A DNA stretch of 64,000 bases, taken from the NCBI RefSeq assembly GCF_018977255.1, contig NW_024704755.1, forward strand, positions 5,022,001 to 5,086,000, read 5' to 3'. The notes below the pieces were generated by a model. The model was not told where the DNA came from. It ran no database searches and saw only the letters and a list, made by a program, of their open reading frames with translations. This document shows positions 13,001 through 26,200 of this stretch, one piece after another (position 1 is the stretch's first letter; the number at the start of each line of letters is the position of its first letter). This DNA is from Callorhinchus milii. Lineage: Eukaryota. The position numbers and the translations under genes were made by a program.

Positions 13001-15802
13001 TTAATACTCTGGCACCCAAAAAGAGTCATGTATCTTTGGTTTGAGTTTTACTGCTGCTACTCACTGGTCCAAAATATTCCATAAACACTGAAGATAGGTT
13101 CTCTTGCTGTGAGTAGATCAACGACAGACTTAACAAATCACTGGCAAAGGAGAGGTATTCATCTCACAAAAGAGGAATGAAGAAAAATTATTGCTAAACA
13201 CACCATTACACAAGCCCCCATAATAGTTACTGTAAGCTTAATAATCTACAATTGAGAAATTTCTAGCAAGAGGTCATATGTAGTCAGGGGACAACAGTAA
13301 CGTTTCTAGGTACTTATTTACTTTGCAGGTGATCAAAGTGGTTTGCTAAGTTAAACAGAAAAAAATTCTCATAATCTTTCAAATATCCATAATTAGAGCC
13401 CCACAAAATTCTTTTTATAATTTGGTTTAAATTTTCCAGGGAATTTCATGTCATTTTGTTTTATCCATTAGAAGTGCTGTTTTATTTCTTTGTATTTGAA
13501 TTGTATTAATAAATACCTCAAATGACTGTATATAAATAAAAACTCTAAGCCTTCCTGAAGCTGAACGCTCATTTGGGCACAAAACCAACAAATCACAAAA
13601 ACAAAGTGTACTGGCATCAATGGGGGGGATGCAACCCGGATTTTAAGATGTTACTGCCCTCCAAATTCCCCACATCCTTTCCTAAGGTGCAGAATTCTCC
13701 TGAATTACTAGTTTTAATTAAATGACTGTTTAACACACAGATAATGAAATGTCTGCTGTTTCATTGTCAGGCCACAAGTATACCTCTGGTATTTAACACA
13801 GCCCATAAGCTTTCTGCTGAAAAAGGCACAGGATGTCACAATAGCTCCATTTAAACACTCAATATTTCACTCCATTTGCAGATGGATTGTAAAATGTATC
13901 TTCAAGCAAATCAGCTGGCATAAAGAGCAACACCAATGAGAACGGAGGGTGAGAGAGGAACTCAAATTTATCATCAAAACTGAAGAAACACAGACAATAC
14001 TAAAAGCAAACACACTGGTAATCAATATATGAAAGCTGTGTGGATAATAACCAACCACACGTTATAGTATTATAATTATTCTTCATTATTGTTGCTGTAC
14101 AGAAAAACGCTTTGTCACAAAAGGAAATTTTTATGCTATTCCAATAAGAATTGACAAGTGGCAACTAGTCTTCCAACTGCAACTCTGCGAATTTGGTTTG
14201 TTATTGAAATGCTAGGAATGTCGTTTCAGTGTTATTCATACCCGAATTACACGAGCATTTGTGTCCAGACCAAAATTTACAAATCAATATATTTCTTACG
14301 TCTACAATGCTCAATTATGTTATTTATCCCCACCCTTGAGAATAATTGTTTTTGGGTCATAATGTTACAAGTGTCGCTCCCTGCACTAAAATGTTAGCTC
14401 TCTCTCAGCCCATGTTCAGCGTGCAAGAAGTGTCATCCATCGGGACCCAGAAGTTGGTGATTTTTGTGGTACAAAACGTTTCACAATGAGAATTAACTTT
14501 CTCTGATTGGAGAATGTTGGCAAAATAAGAATACCGATTTGTACCGGTTGAAATCAGAAATCAACATGTATGAACCACTCTGAAGGGATCAATTAGCAAA
14601 TTTTATATTCTCACATTGTAAGTCAGAACATGGTCTGCACTATACTCCAGTATTTGAAGAATAGCCAATTTCAATAATTTATTCCCAATTATCATCTTCC
14701 AACTGTCATGGATCAGCTCTGTAGTGCCATGGCAACATTTTTATTCTTTATGAGCCAAAGGAAGGTTATAATGATCCACCATTGACTGTAATGCTTCATA
14801 TCTTACCTGACAGTGGATAAGATAAATCTATGCTATATCTTGGTGGGTGGAAAAAGTGTAACATTGCAACACTTGACAAAGGCTTTTGCTCGGAAGTTAT
14901 TGGAGCATAATTACTTTTTTTTAATCTATATAAAATGACAACAAAAGAAAACACAAGTATGCATATATTAATTCAAAGTTATTATCTTGCTGAAATGTCC
15001 TAACGTTATCAGTTCGCAATGCTCTTGAGTTTTAGACCAGAAGTCATGGGGTTGATTCCAACGCTCTGATCTCCCATCTCCTCAAGACCGGTATGCTCAA
15101 AATCGCATCAAAGCCCATCAACATTATGGACACCTTCTTCGTAAAAAGGCTTGGTAAACAAATGGGGAGAGGGGAGTTTGAAATTGTTAAAGCATAACAT
15201 TAATATGAATGCATATTGTCAAACCGCTTACTCATGACATCACATCAATCTCACCTATAACCCTCTGTAACTTATCTACCCTGTTTGTTCATTTCTGCTT
15301 CACAACACTGCTGGGGTCACAGAGTGGATGGAAGCCGGTTTGTTCTGGTTACGAGCTTGTAACTAATAAAATGCCATGACCTCTCGAACAACACCAGTAA
15401 CAATATTACCCATATGGCGCTCTAGTTGCATTCTAAAGGAGTAAAAGAACCAAATATCCCTGCCGCCATCGCAAGGACCAAATATTCCTTACTACCATCA
15501 CAACGCAAGTAATACAAGGATGTTCCAGCTCATCTCACCTCCTTTTAACCAGTCCATCCTCTGAGACAACACCTGTGTGTGTGTGTGTGTATATATAGTA
15601 TGTGTAACATATAATACAGATTGCTGACAAGAAGGACGTGTGTAGGCGTGTGTAAGATTTTCTTTAAGAATGTCAAGTTTTCAGTGCACGATCCACACAA
15701 GTTTTTTTTCCCCCAAAAAAACTTCACAGAGAGCTCAGGTGAAACATCAACGCGGAAATGGAATCAAGCAACAGGCAAACATGCCACCCACCAACAGGCT
15801 CT

Positions 15803-16029
15803 GGAGCAATTGGGGGGGGGTGGGGGAGCAATTGGGGGGGAGGGTGGGGGAGCAATTGGGGGGAGGGTGGGGGGGTGGGGGTGCAATTGGGGGAGGGTGG
15901 GGGGGGTGGGGGAGCAATTGGGGGGGTGGGGGAGCAATTGGGGGAGGGTGGGGGTGCAATTGGGGGGAGGGTGGGGGGGTGGGGGAGCAATTGGGGGGTG
16001 CGGGAGCAATTGGGGGGGTGGGGGTGCAA
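15803..16029. repeat. G-rich minisatellite, about 9-10 units of GG(A/T)GCAATTG(G)n(A)GGGTGGG
   Basis: Nine CAATTG cores separated by G-runs, counted directly. This repeat produces the Gly/Trp/Pro-rich ORF artefacts here. Confidence 0.95.
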
Positions 16030-16479
16030 GCGCTTTGCTTAAGTAGCTGCAACACTAAAGGATAGTGGCAAATGGGGGGGGGTGGGGGAGAGAGAGGATT
16101 AAGACGGGCAACGATCTCGATGTGAAGCGCTCGCGGTGAGAGTGTGTGTGTGTTGGTGGGGGGCAGGTGGGGGAGGAAGGGAGAGATGACACCCCCCACC
16201 CCCCCCCAACCCCCTTCGGCACAAGCGATTGCTGCCACTTCGGCACGAACGCCGAGGAGAGAGAGTGAGAGAGAGAGGGTAAGAGCGCGGGCGGACGGTT
16301 TGTTTACAGACTCGGTGGGAACCCTTCAACCCGGCGTCAGGCTCCAAAGCTCTGCTTCTCCCCCCCCCCCCACCATCACATTACACTGGACCCGCCGCCA
16401 CACACACACACACAGACACTCTGTGGATCATAAACTAAACCCCCCCTTTCCCCCCCCCCCCGACCCCCACCCATTCGTT

Positions 16480-16780
16480 TTCAAAAAAAAACCGTTGACG
16501 GGGAACCCGGAGCGCGAGCGGCGACCCCCTCTTTTTTTTTTACCTCCCGTCCGCTGCCGCTGCCGCTTCCACTTCCGCCTGCCCCCACTCCGGCCACCGT
16601 CACGTGATCCCCCCCTCCGCCCCGCCCCGCCCGGAAGTACACGGCCATCGGCACGAGCCCCGCCCCCTCCTACCCAACCAGCAGCCAATCGGCGAGCGGC
16701 TGTAGCAGAGCCCGACCCCGCCCCCCTTTCCCCCCCTCGCCCCGCCCCCCCACTCCAGGCTCCGCCCACCCAGAGCAGCT
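16480..16780 (-). promoter_or_regulatory. CpG-island promoter of WWP2
   Basis: GC/CpG-rich; GTCACGTGAT E-box 16599-16608, ETS CCGGAAGT 16631-16638, CCAAT 16685-16689, several CCGCCC GC boxes. Confidence 0.75.
16544..16580 (-). other. WWP2: Probable non-coding first exon of WWP2 (5' boundary approximate)
   Basis: Minus strand GGCGGAAGTGGAAGCGGCAGCGGCAGCGGACGGGAG|GTAAAA donor inside a CpG island. The first coding exon has an acceptor at 10066, 12 nt before the ATG, so an upstream exon is required. Confidence 0.6.
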
Positions 16781-17964
16781 GAGCACAAGACAGGTGTGAT
16801 GCTGCTCAGCTGGTCACCCCCTCCCTCCCCCTCCCTTACCCCCATGTCTGTGGCATTTGTGCAGTTTTTGAGTGGCATTGCACAATAATGATAAATTCCA
16901 CCCCCAAGACGGCCCGAGGTTCCCCTCCGAAGACTTACGCGGTTTGTCATTGGTTTTGGTTGACTTGCCAAAACCCGACCCCCCCTCCCCTCGCCCCCAC
17001 GCCCATCACGGCCCAGTTTTTTTTGGGGTTCAATTAATAAAAAAAACAGGTTTCGCAACCAGCCTAATTAGTCGATGTGTTATATTCTCGTTTTTTTTTA
17101 ATGCAGGTTGGCAGGAAAATGTATCTCAATAGCACCGATCAGCTCCTCCCAATTTTCCGCGAAACGTGTCAAGATTGCCCCGCAATTGGGGGCAAATATC
17201 TCTGCACTTTTCTATTGGCCCAGGTCATCGGAAGGCAGAATCTGTCCTCCCATCGTATTGGAAAGACTGCTTGGCGCACAACCATCTGTTTGTTTCTCGC
17301 TCAATGCATATTCCAGCTCCATATTGCTGCACTGCAAAAGTCTGTGCGATTCTTATAGGCGTCATTGGCAAGCTACATTTTATAATATGTGCACACAAAG
17401 AAAACATTTTTAAATATGCTTTTTTTAAAAACAATTGCCACTACTTTATGTCACTCTGACAGTCATTACCTGTTTGAAAGGAAAGATCAAACAGATGATC
17501 TGTCCTCATGGTCCATCAAACACTGATTGCTAAAATAGCAATCTTTTAGTTTAGTCTACGAGCACATGTAAAATCTAATTCTTTTGTATATTTCTATTAT
17601 TTATGCATCAGTTAATTACAATCGCAATATGGACACAATGCTAAACTTGTCAAATGGTGAGAAACATCCCTTAGCAAACAACAATGTATTCTGTACGTGA
17701 ATTGACTGAAGCAGAACTAAAAAGGCAAAACTGTCCTCCAAACTGCAGGTAAAGACAAAATTGTGCTGCCACATTAACCTGATTGTGTTTTGAAGGTAGT
17801 TTCAGATGAAGTAATTTGATTAAGCGTGGATGTTTCAGGTCTCTACAAAAGAACTCTAAAAAACAGAACTCTACGAAAGAAAACTAAATAAAAAGCCAAA
17901 CTCTCATTTTTTTTTAATATTGCAATGACCTGAAAACCTTTACATTCTTGGAGTATAACTTCAT

Positions 17965-20371
<2,407 letters not shown>

Positions 20372-21360
20372 TTTTACTGCCAGAGAAATGGTTTGCAATA
20401 CATCTAGAAAAATGTGACTGAAACCTTAATAAAATGGCACAGCCCATTGGAAATAATTAACTTTTTTATCTAATCTACAATGCCCATTAATCCTGTCCAA
20501 TGTCTTTTACACCTGTAAAAAAGAATTATAAGTCTTCCGGAAAAAAAAGCTAAACTATTACACAATCTATATAGAACATGAAAAAGTCCATTCCGCTTGC
20601 TATTTCCAATTATATTCCATTGTAATCAAAATCAAGCAGCTTGTTTGCTGATGACTGGGTGTAAAACACTCCTATTGCAAAACCTCTCTTTAAGCGCTTC
20701 ATCCCATCCACCAATGTCATGAGAGAAAACAAAATATTACACTGATGTTCTCTGATCCCCAAAGGATCATCAAGTAGAACTCCTAAATGTTCATCTATCC
20801 CCTCATAAACTTTACAGATCTAATTACAACAGGTCATTCTCTGAAACCTCTCTAGCATAAAGACAGGGTGCCCAAAATCATACAGCATTCCACCAGCAAT
20901 CTACACTTCTGACTGGAGATAAGATGAATTTTAGTACTTGGTAAATTAGTGGCTGTACTAAAAATGAAAGATCTTGGATTCCTACAGAAACAAATGTGAC
21001 CTTTACTGTGATCCCTGGGACGCCAAGTCACCCGCCGGTCAAAACATTCTGCAGGTACTTAAAAGGGAGCCTGATTTTTTTTAAAAAAGTACTATCAATA
21101 CAAGTTTACTGTCGGACACTTTTTTTAAAAAAAGCGGATTTAAGAACTACTTGGATTTATGAACCACCACAATGTTTTCACTTTTTTATATATATATATA
21201 TACAGAAAGCATAAAGGCTGTGTTTAGGATTTTCTGGCTTGCTGACCCATTTTTACAATGTTTGCTCTGCCCCCAACAATCGTGCAATTCTCAAATTCAA
21301 AGGTGAGAATGGACAAACTGGTAAAGGAAGCCACAAATTACCAAAGTTTAAAAAATACAA

Positions 21361-21366
21361 TTTATT
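21361..21366 (-). terminator. Candidate TERF2 poly(A) signal (AATAAA); a second candidate at 21463-21468
   Basis: TTTATT on the plus strand at the end of an AT-rich 3'UTR-like stretch downstream of the TERF2 stop. Confidence 0.4.
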
Positions 21367-23286
21367 TGCAAAATGTTTTAGTCACAACCTATGTTTAAAG
21401 CAGAAAACACAAAATGTAACTAACATAAGACATTTAGACATATAAAAAAATACAGGAGACAAATTTATTAAACATTTGAGCATAACATGCTTAAACTTTT
21501 CAAATTGTAACAAGTGGATTAAAGGGGACATGAAATATTTTTACAAGTTAGAAGATTTTACATAAATATTCACTTCATTGGCAAACAAGGAATACTTTTT
21601 TTTACAAAAACAAAATCCAAATTTTGATAATTCTACATAACTAAGTCAGATCAGATGCATTTTCAAGATAAAGGTAATTTTTTTCATAATACAAAAAAGT
21701 ATGTAGGACGGTATCGTATAAATATCTTGGCAAGACATTACTGCATGAACTCACAGGAATTCAGTATTTTTTCTTTCACTTCAAACTTGAACCAGCTTTG
21801 GTAAAAAACATAAGACCTTCATTTAAAAATTGGAGTTAAGGCTAGAGAAAAGTCAGTCTTTTGTTTTCATACATTTTGTACAATAACATACTGCACAGCA
21901 TAACTAAGAAAGGTAAAATGTACATGAAAACTTGTTAGCATCTGATTTTATAGGCAGTCAAATGATGTTAGCATAATAAGAGTTTATAGATTTAAGTTTT
22001 TTCTGACCATCTATTTGCTTCTATTTTGGAGGATTGAAGTATTTTTTCTTAAACATTTTTGATGTTTAGACTTTCGATTTCAAGAAATTGGGTCATGATA
22101 GCAAGCTAGTGTGAGATAAGCAATCCGGTTTCAATGGTATTCAATAGCACCTCAACATCTTCCTTAAGGTCTTGTGGGGAAAAATACCACTAAGTCTAGC
22201 CAAAAATTGGCAGATTTGATTCCCCACCTCAACCAAAGTGCAACAACACCTCCCCTTGAGTTAAAGAAGAGAAAGCCAAGCAGGACTCCCACTCTAGATA
22301 CACATCTAAGGTCAGCTGGAAAATACGCATCTGTAGACCTGCAGCAACAGAACATAAGGCTCCAAATGACTCACCGTCTAGGAATCACACAAAGAATAAG
22401 AATTTGGTCAAGACCAGATAGAGTTCGTGTTCAAGACAAATTGGCAAAAAAAATGCACATAGTGAGCATTTTGAGTGGTGAATTTGATGAGAGAATTAAT
22501 TATTCAGTAGAGTGACTACTCAGGAGACAAATGAATATGACAACAATTAAAGAAAAATTAAGGCCTGACAAAGGAGCCTATCATTTAAGAGTGCAAAATT
22601 CTTTATTCTCTGTGTGGATACGTTTAAGCAATTTGTATATAGTGATGTTCTTTACAGTAAATAAGTACACTGAAGAGCGTAAAAGATTGGAAAGACTGCA
22701 TAATTCAGTATACATAAGTAATAAAGACTATGTACAGTAGTGAATTGGAGCACTTTCTAATGAGCTTCATTGCCAGTGGTGCCGCATTGTAATTGATTTA
22801 CTGGATGGGAATTCAGAATTAAGCGGTGAAGGATGAAGAGGTTATAAGAGTAAAATGTCCAAGGTTACATAAACGCAGAAGCATAAGTCGAAAGTTCCTT
22901 TCTCCTATTGGCTGCTACCAGTTCTCAGAATATTACTTGAGCACAGACAAACTAATCTCATGTGTTCAAAATAAAATATGTAAAGGTATTGATTTCCACA
23001 GAATTGGAAAAAAATTTAACAAAATGAATGCATTTAAATTTTAATTCATGTTATAGCTGATTTCCAACAAGTGCCTAGCACTGCCTGCCACTATGATATA
23101 CACGTCCAACCTCTGTAAAGAAAAGTGGAAATTTTCATTTAGGGAAAGATTCCAACGTACCTTTTGTAACATCAAAAACTTTTTAAAAAAAGTCAGGGCT
23201 CTTCAACAAGGTGGGACTGAATCACTTTATAGTATAAAGTAATTACCAAAATCAGTAGATACAGTTAAGTTTAAAAGCCTTACTAA

Positions 23287-26200
23287 CTATATCAAACCAA
23301 GCTTATGCATTGTCCTCCATCGATCTTTAATCATGACGTTAGTTCGGTCACAAAACGGATAACTTTTCAGGATCTTCCCCCAATTCCCTACTCCAAACTT
23401 TCGCACACCTCGTTTAATCCATTCGCTTTCTTCCACTGTCCACCTCTAGAAGATTAACAAAGAGTATTATTGTGGTGCCAGACCAACCAACACAAGTCAC
23501 AAAAGAAACAATGCTCTCTCATTAATCTGCTGTATGATATTCTTAAACATATGTGTTAGAATTATTTACCAGTAGAGCAAATGCACCTGATCACTTCAGA
23601 CTACCCAAAAATTGACAGCAAGGAAAATCTTAAATTTAAAACTATATATTTAATATCTGTTGAAGATTGACGCTTACTGTGTTGCTCGACATTTAGTAAG
23701 ATACAGTACAACTTTGTAGATAACCAGAATCACATTGCGATCAATAAATCAGCATGGGGGAGAGCAAGCTAAACACTGGCCGACTCCATTATGTGGGATA
23801 TTAGAACATTACATAAAAAATGCACGAATGTATAAAAATAGGTAATTTACCTGACGTCTGGATGAAATTGAAAAAGTACTCTCCGTTGGCGAGGTCCTTC
23901 CATGGCCTATTAAGCAATTAAGAGTAATTAACTCTTGCTCTAATAAATAATGCACATCAATTTACAAAAATTGTATCACCACATTTTAATAATTTCCCCA
24001 AAATTATATTTAATAGCCCCTTAGAAAACAGTTTGTTTATTTGTTGAGAATTCCTACAGTCAAATATGAAAATTGTATGTGTCGTTTTAAGACAAGCCCA
24101 GGCGCAAGATACTTAAAATCTAAATACAAAATACATTTTGTTGTTCCACCTACAGAGCACAATGGTCCAGAGTTAGCAGTTCCTACAGATCCATAGCCTG
24201 GATTAAAATCGTGATATTTTGAATCCATAGAAATTTAGACCAATTAGAAATATCCACAAAATAAAAATGCCATACAAACATCCAAATTCATTGCTAAATT
24301 ATTCTAAAAACTGAGATAAGAACTAGGGTAATAAAAGGCAAGGGATTATCTCTGCATCAACACATTTTAAAAAAATATGATCAACTCCACATTGAAGATT
24401 AGTGTTAATATTCTATATATTAGCAAAAAAGCAACAAATATGTAATTAACTTTATTATAGCAACTTAGAATTTAATAGAAATCGAGATCAATAAATTTGG
24501 TAGATAAAAATCTTTATTGAAGTGTTACTTGTGCTAATCTCAATTTAAAAGTGCTTCTATGCCAGTCAATACTCTTGAAAGCCTGGTGTTTACTCACTGG
24601 TGGCTTGAGGTATAGCAAACAGAAATTCCTCATCACTCCATTCCTCCTTGTTTTCAACCATTTGAAGCTCACGTAAATTAGATCTAAGGGTAGAATTAAA
24701 GATTATATAGCAATCATCACATCCAACATAGACAATGCATAGACAAATTAGTAAGCAGACAAATCAATAAGCTAATGAGGAGAAATTTCACCTGGGACTA
24801 AATTACTATTTATATAGCATTTTAGAGCATCCAGAATTTGGCAAATTAAATTAAATTCAGTCTTAATTTTGAAGGCACGTGACTGTAAAATTCTTTTTAA
24901 TAATGAGAGAAAACTGAATTCAATGTTAAGACTGAATTCAAATTTGCCAAATTCAGGATGCTCTTAGATGCTAATAGAACAAAGCTAGACCCAAGTGGAA
25001 TTGCAAAATCATTTGGTTAGAATTAACTTCAGATGATGTCATAAGGCGCTATACCAAATGCAAGGGCAATATTATTATTGTATTCATCAACAATTCAGTG
25101 TATTTCAATTGCTATGTAAATTATTGCATTTGTAAATGATCCAGTGATTTCTCCTAATTATAATGCAACATATGGTTCAATTTGCATTACAGTAGAACTT
25201 CAGTCAGAACATTATAATTATTTTCTCTCTGTCTGAAATACTTGCTTTTCAAAGGATTCCACTTGAATTTACTGAAACCTCACCTCTTGCCTTGAAGTGT
25301 TCCAGTTTCTTTGCTTAGCCTTTCAACAGGAGAGCTTGAATCATTTGATGACCCTGGGGAATAGACCTGGCAATGCTGGAAATGCCTCCTCCCACTCTGG
25401 ACTGGGATTTCGGGTGTTTTCAGTCCACTCCCACTCTGGACTGAGATTTCGGGTGTTTTCGGTCCACTCCCACTCTGGACTGAGATTTCGGAAGTCTCCA
25501 CCTCACTGTCGGGCTCTATAACAAACCGAGACACCCGTGTGCCATCTGTTTCTATCCTCTGCCTCTTTCGTCTTGGCACTTCTTTGTTTCCTTCAGGTAT
25601 TTTAAAATCAAGTTTATCTAGCTTTTCAAAGACTGTTGGTGTGCCCATTGATGAATTAAAAAGGATGTTGAATGCAGTGTGAAGAGCTGTACGACTGCAA
25701 ATCAGGCTTGGTTCAGCTTTCACCCTAAAAGATGGCACAAATTGTAACACAAATTACTTCAAAAATTACTACTTCATGATTTTTTTTTACTTCTGCAGAA
25801 TCAATAGGTACCATGCAAGAATAATAGCAATGCTGCTCAACAGTTAAGTCTCCATGTAATTAATGAAAAGCTAGACTTTAATATGAAATTAATGCTGCCA
25901 TTCATTTGTAACCAAAGCGGAACCAGGCTTAAAATATTTAGCATATTAGTTTCTGTAATCTATCAAACAAAATTAGATTTTTTCAACTGCTCAGTAGCAA
26001 CTTATGCTTTATTGTATTTAACAAATAAATTGTTTCCCTCATGCACTATTTGGGGAAATAACTACCTTAAAAGCTAAATTGTAACTATTTTGGAACCAAT
26101 TGATCTGTCAGTGACCAGCTTAATTTACATTTTTAATTTTTTTTAATAACATTTAGAATTAAATGCATATTTCTTCTTACTGACCCATTGTTCTTTGGGT

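Noticed and set aside
15803-16029. CRISPR-like periodic array
   Set aside because: Spacers are just G-runs, there are no cas genes, and the context is vertebrate.
15621-16782. Many overlapping Gly/Pro/Trp-rich ORFs
   Set aside because: Produced by the G-rich minisatellite and the CpG island, which lack stop codons in several frames.
22090-22530. ORF 22174-22515 and a QSGF-like motif in the TERF2 3'UTR
   Set aside because: At most a very decayed LINE remnant; no further RT motifs could be confirmed.
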